A DNA stretch of 64,000 nucleotides. It comes from Macrostomum hystrix (Eukaryota; Animalia; Platyhelminthes). The notes under the pieces were generated by a model. That model was not told the DNA's origin. It searched no databases and saw nothing but the letters and a program-made list of their open reading frames with translations. A program made the translations under genes and the position numbers. Shown here one piece after another: positions 48,182 through 61,693 of this stretch. The stretch lies in assembly GCA_950097015.1 (NCBI GenBank), contig CATNEN010000041.1, forward strand, positions 806,001 to 870,000, written 5' to 3'. Position 1 is the first letter of the stretch. Every line of letters starts with the position of its first letter.

Positions 48182-49940
48182 ATGTCGCAGCATGAGGTCA
48201 GCCTCAGCCGGCCGGATCCCTCACAGCCGTGGGGCTTCCGCCTGCACGGCGGCGCGGAGTTCCAGTCGCCGCTGACTATCGAGAGCGTCGCCCCCGGGTC
48301 GGTCGCTGAGCGCTGCGGGCTTCGGGCGGGCGACCTGGTGCTGAGCATCAACGGAATCCGCGCCGGCGGCATGCAGCACGAGGCGGCGAAGATGGAGATC
48401 ATTCGGTCTGGCAACGATGTCAGCTTCGGCGTGCAGCGGGCAGGCGGCGCTGGTGCCAGCGCCGTCATCTGGCAACCGGCAGTTCAGCAGATGGGGCCAA
48501 AGCAGCAGCAGCAGCAGCAGCAGCTCAGGACTCAGCTAGTCGCTGTGCCCGCCGGTCCAGCCTTTAACGATCTTCCAAAGGTAGGTCCGCCCCAGCCTTC
48601 TCAGCTAACAAGCGGGCGAGTGGAACCTGTCAGTTCTAGTTTTCCGCCATTTAAATCTGCAGCGGCCGCTCAGCCCACTCGGCATCTCCGATCATATTTT
48701 GCTTTTTACAGCTTTGTCGACTGGGAGCCCCCAAGAGGCTGGCATTTCTGCGCCTGACATTTCCCGTTCGCAACCACTGCTTTGCACTTTTACTACCCTG
48801 CGGCTGCTCCCCATGGAAGTCTAGGGTGGGCGGATGCATGGCCAGTACGCCGACTCGACTTAAGAATAGACCACGGGCGTATTTCAAATACCCACTGCCT
48901 GCTTCCAAAACCAAATGACAGATTTTTGTGAAAGTCCACCATGTGGATCAATATTTTTCTTCATTTGCGACTAACAAATTTTCAAAGCGGTCCGAGTCAG
49001 CACGGTCGAAATACTCAGATTCTTGTCAAAGACCCTGGTGACAAGAACATTGTGACAGAGTTGAATATCTCGACGATGCCGATGTTTTGTGATTCTGGAT
49101 AGAGAGGAAATTTTAGCCCGTGTTCCGCATTTTCATGGAGATTGGTTGAATATTTAAAGAGATACAGAAAAAAGAAAAATGTGGCTATTTGAAATACCCC
49201 CGCGGTCTGCTAACGGATTCGCGCTCCAACACGGAGTGAATTTCGCTGGCGCTGCATTCAGTACAGTCCGTTGGCCTGGACAAGCCAGCGGACATTGCAG
49301 ACGAGCTGCGGTCTGGGCAGGGGTACAAGGGACAAGGAACACCGATTGATAGATGAACCTGTCCATCGGCATTGCCAAGGTGAGCAGTACGTCCCTGGCC
49401 GCGGGGACGCCGCAGTCGCCGGGACACGGCAGCGGTGGTGGCGGCTTCAATAGCAACCCGCGGCCGTTCAACATCGGCCGCACGGTGACGACCACCCCGG
49501 GCGGGCGCACCAAGCAGGTGTTCCACAACAACTACAACTCGCCATCGGGTCTGTACGCCAGCGGCTACGTGCAGGCCACCTTCGACAGCACCCTGCGCGC
49601 CGCCAGCCAGGATGTCGACGGCGGTGGCGACCATCAGCCGGCTGCGGCTTCTGCGGCAGCTGGCTCGCAGCCGGTGGCAGATCCAGCCATGCCGCGGCCC
49701 AACTTGGCCGGGGCGTCGATGTACTGTGGTGCCTGCGGCGACATGATCAAAGGAGTCTTTGTTCGCGTGCAGGGCCGCGTGCCGATGCACCCGGAGTGCC
49801 TGAAGTGCGTCAAGTGCGGCGTCGGGCTGCGGCACTGCGGCTATTTTTACATTGCGGAAAAACTGTACTGCGAGACCCACGCCAAGCAGGTGGCCGCGCC
49901 TCCGGAGCCTGGACTGAAGCCCGTGCCCGTGTACAAGTGA
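48182..49940 (+). CDS. PDLIM: PDZ-LIM protein (ALP/Enigma family: PDZ, ZM motif, one LIM); exons 48182-48580 and ~49353 (or 49380)-49940
   Basis: PWGFRLHGG...GLRAGDLVLSING (PDZ); VFHNNYNSPSGLY (ZM); CGAC...HPECLKCVKC...LYCETH (LIM). Confidence 0.92.
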
Positions 49941-50078
49941 ACCTGACTGTGTACAAGTGAACCTGACTGTGTACAAGTGAACCTGACTGTGTACAAGTGA
50001 ACCTGACTGTGTACAAGTGAACCTGACTGTGTACAAGTGAACCTGACTGTGTACAAGTGAACCTGACTGTGTACAAGT
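49930..50078. repeat. 20-bp minisatellite containing the PDLIM stop codon
   Basis: gtgtacaagtgaacctgact, ~7 copies. Confidence 0.95.
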
Positions 50079-50844
50079 GGTACTCAGAATCCAAGTTATC
50101 AGAATGCTGCTAAATGCTTTTAAGCTGGGTAAATAGCTAGCTTTCAGTACCCAACGTGCACTGTACTGTGCGAATGCTTGGTGGACCATCATCAGGTCGG
50201 TAAGGCACAAAACTGCCCGAATCCTTGGCTGCAATGTTTACCCGGCTGGAGCTGTCCCTCACGGGAACCAGCGAAGCCACTTATCGTAATAAAATGGACA
50301 CTGTTTATTGCGCTCGCGTGTTTATTTGTCCCGAGATCCGCAGCGCTGACTGGTGGATGCGGGTGCCCCAGACCCACCTCACCTGCTGCTCTGTGTGCAG
50401 TATTCGCGCCTGCCCTGTGCTCCATCATTTTACCTGCGTATCCACTGCTGATCTGCCCGGAGCTGCTTTGATTCTCACTCGGTCTCTAGCCGGGGCACTT
50501 GGCCCATGCCTAGACTAGCAATCCGCTTCGTCTCTCAAACCCTCTAATATAATTGATTATGTACCTTCGCTTGGCTGCAGCTATCCTCACGAACCTGTCC
50601 TTTGTGTCGCAGTGGAATCTGCGAAATTGGCCCGACACAGCAGACAGAAGCTGGTTTTTGCTGCGACTGACAGCTCCGGCTTCTCGTCTGCTTGTTTCTT
50701 TTCACTTTGCTTTTTACGGACTAATTGCTTCGTCGATGATAGGTGCATTACAATAAACGGTCTGATTCGCTTACTATTAAAATCTGTGCCTTCCACTCGG
50801 AGTGAATCCACAGCGTGGAAATTACAATCAAAGTAGGCGATGCC

Positions 50845-51806
50845 CACACATATCCTGATGCACAGCTCCCCACACTGATACTCACACAGATCCCCACACT
50901 GATACTCACACAGATCCCCACACAGATTCCCACACTGATACCCACACAGATCCCACACTGATACTCACACAGATCCCCACACAGATTCCCACACTGATAC
51001 CCACACAGATCCCCACACTGATACCCACACAGATCCCACACTGATACCCACACTGATCCCCACACTGATACCCACACAGATCCCCACACTGATACCCACA
51101 CAGATCCTGATGCACAGCTCCCCACACTGATACTCACACAGATCCCCACACAGATTCCCACACTGATACCCACACAGATCCCACACTGATACTCACACAG
51201 ATCCCCACACAGATTCCCACACTGATACCTACACAGATCCCCACACTGATACTCACACAGATCCCACACTGATACTCACACAGATCCCCACACAGATTCC
51301 CACACTGATACCCACACAGATCCCCACACTGATACCCACACAGATCCTGATGCACAGCTCCCCACACTGATACCCACACAGATCCCACACTGATACTCAC
51401 ACAGATCCCCACACTGATACCCACACAGATCCCACACTGATACTCACACAGATCCCCACACTGATACCCACACTGATACCCACACAGATCCTGATGCACA
51501 GCTCCCCACACTGATACTCACACAGATCCCCACACAGATTCCCACACTGATACCCACACAGATCCCACACTGATACTCACACAGATCCCCACACAGATTC
51601 CCACACTGATACCCACACAGATCCCCACACTGATACTCACACAGATCCCACACTGATACTCACACAGATCCCCACACAGATTCCCACACTGATACCCACA
51701 CAGATCCCCACACAGATACCCACACAGATCCTGATGCACAGCTCCCCACACTGATACCCACACAGATACCCACACTGATACCCACACTGATACCCACACT
51801 GATACC
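50845..51806. repeat. CA-rich complex minisatellite (cacacagatcccca / cacactgatac), left arm
   Basis: Variant ~12-bp subunits. Confidence 0.92.
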
Positions 51807-54000
51807 TGTGAGGAATTGAGTGAATCAGTCAGCAGTTTAATTGTCAGAAAGGTACGCACTCGCACCCGCATGCAGCGCGGGTCATTTATATTATTTTATC
51901 AGCACGTTGGCATCAATGTACATATATTATTTGAACAGTATCAATGTACATACTGGCTAGGATAGGCAGGTAATAAACTGACAACGTGCTCAGGCGTACA
52001 CTATTGCACTAAATGAAAAGTAAGCAGCGGAGCTCTTACATTTTCTTCCTCAAGGGAGTTTGACGCAAATATAAGCAATAGAAATAATAATTTACAAATA
52101 GCATTAGAAAATATTATGAGCGAATAGTATAGAGTAGCAGCGAAATACATTTGAAAATTCTGATCGTCAGTCACTAGCGCAAAATCATTGATTAGTCAAC
52201 TTGAAGCTGCAACCTGTCAGGCCGATTTCGAATCCGCTCGGGGTAGCGCCTCACCGAGCTGCCCGGTGGCTCAGCAGCCGCTGCCGTTGGCACCGACGCC
52301 GAGTCCGGAGCATTCGAAATCCCGCTAGCCGCATTCGATACCATGTGGCGTCGTACGATGCCGTCGCCGACCTGGACGTCATAGTTGCGCTGGGCCGCAG
52401 AAACCACGGTACCAGACACCCAGCCGGCGTCCTTGCTGAAGCCCTTGACTCGAACGATGTCGCCGACCTCGAAGCGTCGGGAAGACCGCCCTGACTGCGC
52501 CGCGGCGTCCTGTCGATCTCGAACCCGGTCCACCACTGACGGCCGCAGGAGGTCCAACCTGGAGCGCAGCCGGCGCCCGAATAGCAGCTCGCTGGGAGAC
52601 ACGCCGGTTGTTGAATGTGGCGTGATTTGGTATGCGAACAGGAAGTTTTGCAGCGCCGCAGCAGAGTGACCGGACTTTCTGATGTGCAGCTTCAGCTTCA
52701 GCGATTGTGAAATGACGGCCGTATAGGAACTGATGGAATCGATGGACACCATAGATGATGGCTAGAGCCTCTTTGTCCAGCTGCGAGTAGTTGCGTTGTG
52801 ACACCATCCGCCTCCATGCGCTGGAGTTCGCGGTCGACGCTTTCACGCTGTGCGTATGGTACGGGTCGAGCCTTGTAGAATCGCGGTGCGGCGCTGTCCT
52901 GAATATGCAGGCTGACTTCTCCTAGGCGGTACTTGCCCAGGCCTTCGGCGAATACCTCCGGAAACTGACGAACTAGATCGGCAGCTACGTCATCGGGATT
53001 TGCAGCTACCGTGTTCACCGAGGCGGTCAGCCCTGGCCAGTCCAGCCGGATTGCCGCCATCCAGTCGCGGCCCAGGAGTCAAGCGCTGCCTTCAGAGACC
53101 ACGAGCAGCGGAAGCGAAGCGGACTGACCGGCATGAACAACGTTTACCGTCACTTCGCCAACTGGACGGAACTCCTGGTCAGTGTTGGTGCGCAGAGTTG
53201 ACCTGAACGGGCGCAGCTGTAGGTGAGACAGGTGTGCCTCGTAGAACGCTTTCGGAACCAAACTGACGGCTGAGCCAGTGTCGAGTTCGAAGTGAGTCAG
53301 CACTTTCTCCACCTGCAGTGGCACCAGGATCGGAGATTTCGAAGCCGTTGAGAGGTGGTGAATCAGCTCAATTTCGTTATCCGCTTCGGAAGCCTCGGCT
53401 TCGTCGAGCAGCTTCACGGACTCTGGAGACCGACAGACCTTTTTGAGATGACCGACTCCGCCACAGCGATGGCATTTCGCGTTGCGAAACTTGCAGGTCT
53501 GGCGTGGATGAATGCCGCCGCAGCTATCACAGCTGCCCGCAGTGGGTGATGTAGCTCCAAGCGAGACCTTCTGCTTGTCGACGCGTTGTCTCCAAGCTGG
53601 TCCAGTCGAACCCGAAGTTGCGACTCTGTTGGTGGCAGGAGGGCGCGCCATCTCGCTGGAGTATTTGAGAGCCGACTCGAGGTCAGTGGCCAGCTTGATC
53701 ATTCCGCTGTACGAATGGTCGGAGCTCTCCAAGAGCTTGGCGCGGAGGGTGTCGCTCTGCATGCCGAATAGAAACTGATCTCGGAGTCGCTCTTCCAAAG
53801 ACGCGCCGAATTTGCAGTGGGCTGATGCGGACTTGAGCCCTGCTAGGAAGTCAGCAAAGGACTCTTCCTCGTGCTGGAGTCGGCGTGCAGCGCGGGTCAT
53901 TTATATTATTTTGTCAGCACGTTGACATCAATGTACATATATTACGTGCTCAGGCGTACAGTATTGCACTAAATGAAAAGTAAGCAGCGGAGCTCTCACA
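51807..54000 (-). mobile_element. Internally deleted Ty3/Gypsy LTR retrotransposon (2194 bp)
   Basis: Termini tgtgag...ctcaca; TSD atacc at 51802-51806 and 54001-54005; 3' LTR 51807-52040 with polypurine tract at 52041-52051; partial 5' LTR 53886-54000; Gag CHRCGGVGHLKKVC knuckle, protease FELDTGS, RNase H YSQLDKEALAII fragment, integrase tail TPHSTTGVSPSELLFGR. Confidence 0.92.
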
Positions 54001-54465
54001 ATACCCACACAGATCCCCACACAGATCCCCACACTGATACGCACACTGAAACCCACACAGATCCCCACACAGATCCCCACACAGATCCACACACAGATCC
54101 CCACACAGATCCCCACACTGATACCCACACAGATCCCCACACAGATCCCCACACAGATCCCCACACTGATACGCACACCGATACCCACACAGATGCCCAC
54201 ACTGATACGCACACTGATACCCACACAGATCCCCACACAGATCCCCACACAGATCCACACACAGATCCCCACACAGATCCCCACACTGATACCCACACAG
54301 ATCCCCACACAGATCCCCACACTGATACCCACACTGATTCCCACACTGATACCCACACTGATACCCACACAGATCCCCACACTGATACCCACACATATCC
54401 TGATGCACAGCTCCCCACACTGATACCCACACCGATACCCACACAGATCCCCACACTGATCCCAC
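54001..54465. repeat. CA-rich complex minisatellite, right arm
   Basis: Same subunits as 50845-51806. Confidence 0.92.
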
Positions 54466-55755
54466 ATGATTCCAAAGTGAACAGCAGTCCTTAGCTCGTA
54501 GTTGCATGGCGGGGGCAAGTTCTCAAATCTTATTTAATTTGAACAGCAGTTTCAGGGGTAGCCAGTTATCTCTGGCCTGAAGCAGCAGTGTGGAGCATTG
54601 TCAGCGGCCTTCAAAGTGTGCAAAACACACTTCCGCACTGCCAGCCCTCCCTAATTGGAGAGCCGAGCTCGGCCTAAACTCGTCCAGTGCAACGGCTTCC
54701 TGCTCTCAATGAGCGAACTCAGAAGGCCTCCCCTTAGTTCAGTCGATCTTTCTGAAGGCTTGAGTCACTATTCGGCGGGAGCAAAGGTGCAGCAATTTGA
54801 TCCTAGCGGAGGTTCAGGAGATAATTACCGGCCAATTCCCCGCCCGGCCGCATCATTACAGCTCAGAAGGGAGGCCGCTAGCCCCTCCCCTCCGGCAAAT
54901 TCTGCAGGACTCAAGACTCCTAAAAGGATTAACAAAAAGTCTTAATTTGGTTGCAGACTTGAAATCTGAGATTTTGGATTTACAAGGTTTGCAGCAAATC
55001 AAACAGAGCATTTCAGTGATGCAAAAAATCCGAAATTACATAAAACTAACGAACCGTTTCCTGAACAGAAGGTCGTGAAATTCGAATGAAGTATTGAGAC
55101 AACTTGTCACGATTGTGTAATCAGTTATTATACGCGCTAAAGTTAGAAATCAAAATTGTCATTGAAAGCGTAAATGTCAGGTTAAGGTCTGGGTGCCTGT
55201 CTCATTGCAGGAGTCTCATTTGAGCTTGAGAACCGCAGGTTGAAACTGTGAGTGCTGAGCAGCAGCTGGGACTTTCAGTCTCCAGTAAGGCGGGCTGGGC
55301 TGTGCTTCATGTAATTAGGCATAAAGGCAGCGACTGTCCCGCTGCTCATGCCCTTCATCTTGCGGCCCAGCTGCGTAGCCAACTTTCTGCTGAACGCCCC
55401 CCCCCTTAGTTCGGGGCCGCCTCGTTGATTTTCTCCCTGCTCGGCCTGCAGCAGACGGCAGTGATCCGATGCCTGACTTCGGACAATCGCTGGGTCCGGC
55501 TGCCAGTCCAGCTGCCCCCCACACACCGGCACAGCCAATAGCGGGTGGGCCCTGGGTTGGGGGGGGGTAGGGAAAGGGGGCGGCACTGCCTGATAAGCAG
55601 GCGAGCACAGATTTGAGAATGCGCGCTGACATTCTAGTTTGAGCTTGATCTCAGACGGCCGGTCAGAATAACAGCTCAGAATAGGACAGGCGCACGGCAA
55701 CATAGAGGGATTTGCGGATCGGCGGGGCTCGGGCCGCCTGAGGCGCGCAGCTGGA

Positions 55756-58700
55756 GTGGCGTGTTCACGAGGAGGCGGCGCCCCTGAGCGCAGCGGAGAG
55801 GGCGGCGGAGGAGCCCCTGAGCGCAGCGGAGAGGGCGGCGGAGGAGCCCCTGAGCGCAGCGGAGAGGGCGCCGGAGGAGCCCCTGAGCGCAGCGGAGAGG
55901 GCGCCGGAGGAGCCCCTGAGCGCAGCGGAGAGGGCGCCGGAGGAGCCCCTGAGCGCAGCGGAGAGGGCGCCGGAGGAGCCCCTGAGCGCAGCGTAGAGGG
56001 CGGAGGCGAAAGCCGTACGAGAGACGGAGCGGATGAAGCAATTGGAAGTTGCGTGGACGGCCGAGGAGTTGTTGTTGCAGGCGCTGGCGGGCAGCCGCAG
56101 CTTCAGGCATGTGCGGATCAGCTGGCCCGGCTGCAGCAGCTCGTAGCGGCTCGCCGGCTCTCCAGTGACGAGATCGTTGAGTCGCTGGCCGAGGCTAGTC
56201 GCCTTCTCCAGAGCGTCTTGCAGCAGCAGCGGGGTCCTCGCAGCCGGGAGGATGACGAAGATCTATTCAGAAAGCCTGGCGGCTCGGCCGAGGCGCCGCT
56301 GGAGGTACCAGAGAAGGTTCAGGAGTGGCTGAGCTTCACCTTCACCCGGCGGGCCAGCGAGGCCGTCTTCCGGCGCCGCCGGCTGCGCAGCCTGGCCACG
56401 GTGATCCAGACCGGCGTCTACATTGATCGCCTGTTCCGCAGGCGGCGGAGCCTTGCAGCTCCGGGCGTGTCGCTGCCAGCCGATGTCCGCGCCTTTCTGG
56501 ACCAGGGCGCCGCCTCCTGGCAGTTCGACCCGTTCCGCCTGGCGGAGCTCAGCCTAGGCCGGCCGGTGCGGGCGATGGGGCTGCACCTGTTCCAGCGGCT
56601 CGACCTCATCGAGAAGTTCAGCATCCCGGTGCCGGCGCTGGAGGCTTTCCTGGATGTGGTGGAGGAGGGCTACCGCCTGCACGGCAACCCGTACCACAAC
56701 TGCACGCACAGCGCTGACGTGGCGCAGACCTGCTGCTTCATCGTGCGCCAGCACGGCATGACGGGCTGGCTGAGCGACCTGGAGCTGCTCAGCCTGCTGT
56801 TCGCCGCCCTCGTGCACGATTTTGAGCACACCGGAACGACCAACGGCTTCCACGTGCAGACGGCCTCCCAGCTGGCCGTGTGCTACAACGACAAGGCGGT
56901 GCTGGAGAATCACCACGTCAGCGCGGTGTTCAAGCGCCTGCTCGACCCAGACTCCAGGTGCAACATCCTGCTCAACATGGGCCACGTGGAGTTCCGCCAG
57001 CTCCGCTCGCTGGTCATCGACATGGTGCTGGCCACGGACATGTCCACTCACTTCGCCCAGGTGTCCGCCATGAAGGAAGCCAGCCTGTGCCCGGAGAATC
57101 TGCCGCGGGTGGACATCCTGTCCTACATCCTGCACTCCGCTGACATCAGTCACCCGGCCAAGGACTGGCCGCTGCACGAGCGCTGGACCCATCTGCTCAG
57201 CGAGGAGTTTTTCGCCCAGGGCGACCGGGAGAAGCAGCTGGGGATGCAGTGCAGCCCGCTTTGCGACCGGGAGAAGACCCTCATCGCCGCCTCGCAAGTT
57301 GGTGAGCAGCTGGCAACTGGGATTCGAGCAGGCTGGGATACATTTCTGAAGTGCTAATATGAAAGATTCCTTGTAAAATAAAATGATGTGCTACTTTCAT
57401 AAAATAGGAATCCTAGTCAGAATAAGAATGAGGATCAGAGTTCAAAATGAGGATCAGAGTTCAGAATGAGGATCAGAGTTCAGAATGAGGATCAGAGTTC
57501 AGAATGAGGATCAGAGTTCAGAATGAGGATCAGAGTTCAGAATGAGGATCAGAGTTCAGAATGAGGATCAGAGTTCAGAATGAGGATCAGAGTTCAGAAT
57601 GAGGATCAGAGTTCAGAATGAGGATCAGAGTTCAGAATGAGGATCAGAGTTCAGAATGAGGATCAGAGTTGAGAATGAGGATCAGAGTTCAGAATGAGGA
57701 TCAGAGTTCAGAATGAGGATCAGAGTTGAGAATGAGGATCAGAGTTGAGAATGAGGATCAGAGTTCAGAATGAGGATCAGAGTTGAGAATGAGGATCAGA
57801 GTTGAGAATGAGGATCAGAGTTGAGAATGAGGATCAGAGTTGAGAATGAGGATCAGAGTTGAAAATGAGGATCAGAGTTGAAAATGAGGATCAGAGTTGA
57901 AAATGAGGATCAGAGTTGAAAATGAGGATCAGAGTTGAAAATGAGGATCAGAGTTGAGAATGAGGATCAGAGTTGAAAATGAGGATCAGAGTTGAAAATG
58001 AGGATCAGAGTTGAAAATGAGGATCAGAGTTGAAAATGAGGATCAGAGTTGAAAATGAGGATCAGAGTTCAGAATGAGTATCAGAGTCCAGAATGGGGAT
58101 CTGAGGATCAGAGTTAAGAATTGGAATCGCAGTTTAGAATTAGGTTCAGATTTAATCATTTAGAGTTTTTCGTGTTAGTCGAATCTAAAAATTTGTATTC
58201 GTAAAATAGACTGCCGCAGTGATAGCCGCAGTGAAAGGAGTCTGCATTTCTGCTGCCGGAAAAGCTCATAATGGAATTGTCGGCAGGCCATTAATTCTTG
58301 GAGTTGGCGAATGAAGGCTGCTAGTGGAAAGCCAGTTCTCCCATTTGGGATTTTCCATCTGCGGCAGGGGCTCAGCCTGCTGGGACGCTGCTTGGGCCAG
58401 GGGCGATTCGGGACATTGTGCCCAGTCTGGGAACTGGACCAGTTGCGCACCTCAAGCTCTCCCCACGCGCAGCACGAGCTGGCTGGGGTATTCGATTGCC
58501 AGGGATAGGGATGGCGACTGCCTTCCTTCCCAGCGGCTGCTCCTAGGAGAGCTTTCCTAGAAACTGTTGCACCAGGTGACTCCGGGTTGCCAGAAAAGCC
58601 GGGCCTGGGCAAACTGGCAGGGGAGAAAAGGGTAGGCGAGGCGACAGAGAGCAGAAAATTATGCAGCGAGGATAGAAGCACAGCGAAGGAGACAGAATTT

Positions 58701-60156
58701 AGGACAATAGTTTAAGAGAAACAATAGAAGAGAAAGCTCTTCGCTTTCTGGTCAAAGAAAAGAAAAGCGTGAGAGAGAGAGGAGAGGAGAGGAGAAGAGA
58801 GGAGAGAATGGGAGAGGATGGGAGAGGATAGGAGAGGATGGGAGAGAGAGGAGAGGATAGGAGAGGGGAGAAGTGGAAAGGAGAGGAGAGGAGATGAGAG
58901 TATGGGGCAGGTGAGGGGAGGAGAGGGGAGGAGAGGGGAGGAGAGGACAGGAGAGGAGAGGACAGTAGATTAGCGAAGAAAAAGCAAAGTGGAAGATAGC
59001 AGAGATCGTACATCCCTTGAACATTATGTTCCACTTCACTGGCGTGCGAAGCTGCTGACTGCCAGGGCTGCATTGAATTCGCACCAGCATGCGAGATGAA
59101 GAGGCAGCATTAGGGCTCAGGGTTCGAGGCAACACCTGCTGCCTGCATGGACAGTGGGGCAATGCTAGGAGCGAGGCAAATTGAGCAAATTAAATAACTG
59201 GTCAGGGACTGAACAGGAGAGAGGGAGGAGAGAAGGGAAAAATGAGAAACGAGATAAAGATAAAGGGGAGAGAGATTTGATACAGCTGTCGCATCTTTGC
59301 AGGGCTCGGGGATTCCACCTCGCCCCGACATCTCCAGCTGCACTTTACCTGCCAGTCCCGCAGAGAGATGGGGTGTCTGATGGAGCCGCAGGCCTGAGGG
59401 ATTCGCCATCTCGCCATGTTGAAGGAGGCCTGGAGAAGAGGTTGGGGAGAAGAGGATAGGAGGGAATGTCAGTCAGTCGCGAATTCACTTTTTTTCTTAA
59501 AAGATCTTCTCGCATTATTGACACGGGGGACGGGCAGGTACAAGAGTCCTTGAAGTCGCTGGCTGCTTGAGAAGGCAGGCGGGACTGGGGCTGCGGGGCT
59601 CAGACAGCAGGTCTGCGGCCAACTTTTTTGTTTCTCAATTCTGCAGGCAGCCTGAGAGATAGCCTCAGCTCTGCTGGGCCAAGCGAATCATCAAACAAAA
59701 TGATTCTCCTTGAGTCAATCGGTCCTGCTAATTGGGCCCGGGTTTGATGGGCTTGAGATCCCAATCGAGCTTGTGATCTTGTCCTGCCACTCGGCGCTCA
59801 CAATTCCAGGCTTCATCGAGTACGTCGTGGAGCCGTGCTTCCGCACCCTGCTCCAGCTGCTCAGCGGCATCCAGGACCTCATGGCCTCCGCTGGCAAGAA
59901 GAGCAGCGACGAAATTGACGAGCAGCGGAGCGAGGAGGCGGAGGAGGCCGAGAACTCGAAGCCGCCGCCGCCACAGCCGCAGCCGCCGATGTCGCCCGCG
60001 CCGCCGCCGACGAAAGAAGAGACGGGCTGGCGGCCGCTAGAACTGTTGGCCAGCAACAAGGAGCGCTGGCGCAGCCGGGCGGAGGCCGACGCCAGGCAGA
60101 TCATCAGCATCGAGGAGGCCGGCGAAGAGGACTCCGTGGCCGTCAGGAATGCGTGA
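55756..60156 (+). CDS. PDE1: Ca2+/calmodulin-dependent cyclic-nucleotide phosphodiesterase PDE1; 5' end unresolved; large exon ends at 57301, last exon 59810-60156
   Basis: PEKVQEWLSFTFTR...IQTGVYIDRLFRR (PDE1 N-domain); NPYHN, HDFEHTGTTN, LENHH, LATDM, HSADISHP, EFFAQGDRE, and SQV|GFIEY across a phase-1 intron. Confidence 0.94.
57428..58075. repeat. 19-bp minisatellite in the PDE1 intron
   Basis: gaatgaggatcagagttca with progressive variants. Confidence 0.96.
58770..58962. repeat. Purine-rich (ggaga)n low-complexity tract
   Basis: Composition. Confidence 0.85.
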
Positions 60157-60411
60157 CAGATCCATCGCCTGACTAAACTTCCCCTCTTAACATCAAAACG
60201 CCTGTCTGTCCGTCTGTCTGTTCATGCTAGCCATCGTGTGTCCATTTTTGTCGTTAGTTAGCCAAGGGTTAGTGGAACGGCAAAGGGAAGTGCGAAGGCA
60301 GAGGTCAGCAAACTTATTAGCTTGTTGGCCACGGAGAGAACCTAAAAGACGACAGTGGGCCGCATTAACTGTAGGAATTTGAGAAAGTAGAGATAAGTCA
60401 AAGGATGGATA

Positions 60412-61490
60412 AGACAGGAGAGAGACGAGACACGGGAGAGATGAGACACTGGATAAATAAGACAGGGAGAGATGAGACAGAGATGAGACACGGGAGAGAT
60501 GAGACACTGGATAAATAAGACAGGGAGAGATGAGACCGAGATGAGACACGGGAGAGATGAGACACTGGATAAATAAGACAGGGAGAGATGAGACAGAGAT
60601 GAGACACGGGAGAGATGAGACACTGGATAAATAAGACAGGGAGAGATGAGACCGAGATGAGACACGGGAGAGATGAGACACTGGATAAATAAGACAGGGA
60701 GAGATGAGACAGAGATGAGACACGGGAGAGATGAGACACTGGATAAATAAGACAGGGAGAGATGAGACCGAGATGAGACACGGGAGAGATGAGACACTGG
60801 ATAAATAAGACAGGGAGAGATGAGACCGAGATGAGACACGGGAGAGATGAGACACTGGATAAATAAGACAGGGAGAGATGAGACCGAGATGAGACACGGG
60901 AGAGATGAGACACTGGATAAATAAGACAGGGAGAGATGAGACAGAGATGAGACACGGGAGAGATGAGACACTGGATAAATAAGACAGGGAGAGATGAGAC
61001 CGAGATGAGACACGGGAGAGATGAGACACTGGATAAATAAGACAGGGAGAGATGAGACCGAGATGAGACACGGGAGAGATGAGACACTGGATAAATAAGA
61101 CAGGGAGAGATGAGACCGAGATGAGACACGGGAGAGATGAGACACTGGATAAATAAGACAGGGAGAGATGAGACAGAGATGAGACACGGGAGAGATGAGA
61201 CACTGGATAAATAAGACAGGGAGAGATGAGACCGAGATGAGACACGGGAGAGATGAGACACTGGATAAATAAGACAGGGAGAGATGAGACAGAGATGAGA
61301 CACGGGAGAGATGAGACACTGGATAAATAAGACAGGGAGAGATGAGACAGAGATGAGACACGGGAGAGATGAGACACTGGATAAATAAGACAGGGAGAGA
61401 TGAGACAGAGATGAGACACGGGAGAGATGAGACACTGGATAAATAAGACAGGGAGAGATGAGACAGAGATGAGACACGGGAAAGATGAGC
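60412..61490. repeat. 58-bp minisatellite, ~18 copies
   Basis: Direct periodicity. Confidence 0.96.
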
Positions 61491-61515
61491 CTCCCCATCT
61501 CCAGATAAGAGAGAG

Positions 61516-61624
61516 ATGAGACAGGATACTACAGGTGTTGGATGAGACAGGATACTACAGGTGTTGGATGAGACAGGATACTACAGGTGTTGGATGAGAC
61601 AGGATACTACAGGTGTTGGATGAG
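61516..61624. repeat. 26-bp tandem repeat, ~4 copies
   Basis: atgagacaggatactacaggtgttgg. Confidence 0.92.
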
Positions 61625-61639
61625 GCAACAGGCCGGATT

Positions 61640-61693
61640 TTGGGAGCTTCGAGGGCCGCATCTGGCCCGCGGGCCGGAGTTTGCCGACCCCTG
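61640..61693. mobile_element. Solo hAT (Charlie-like) terminal sequence
   Basis: gggccgcatctggcccgcgggccggagtttgccgacccctg; its reverse complement CAGGGGTCGGCAAACT...GGCCCGCGGGCC is a typical hAT end. No partner end found. Confidence 0.6.

Noticed and set aside
60193-61498. Long repetitive ORFs here and at 6202-6730, 38829-39688, 44858-45426, 46130-46912, 50748-51871, 53928-54518 and 62687-63427
   Set aside because: They are stop-free translations of minisatellites, mostly intronic or intergenic, and open in several frames.
54553-61693. Pack-hAT element carrying PDE1 (caggggtagcc at 54553 paired with the end at 61693)
   Set aside because: The ends match poorly and the 8-bp flanks (agcagttt versus tgctaata) are not a TSD.
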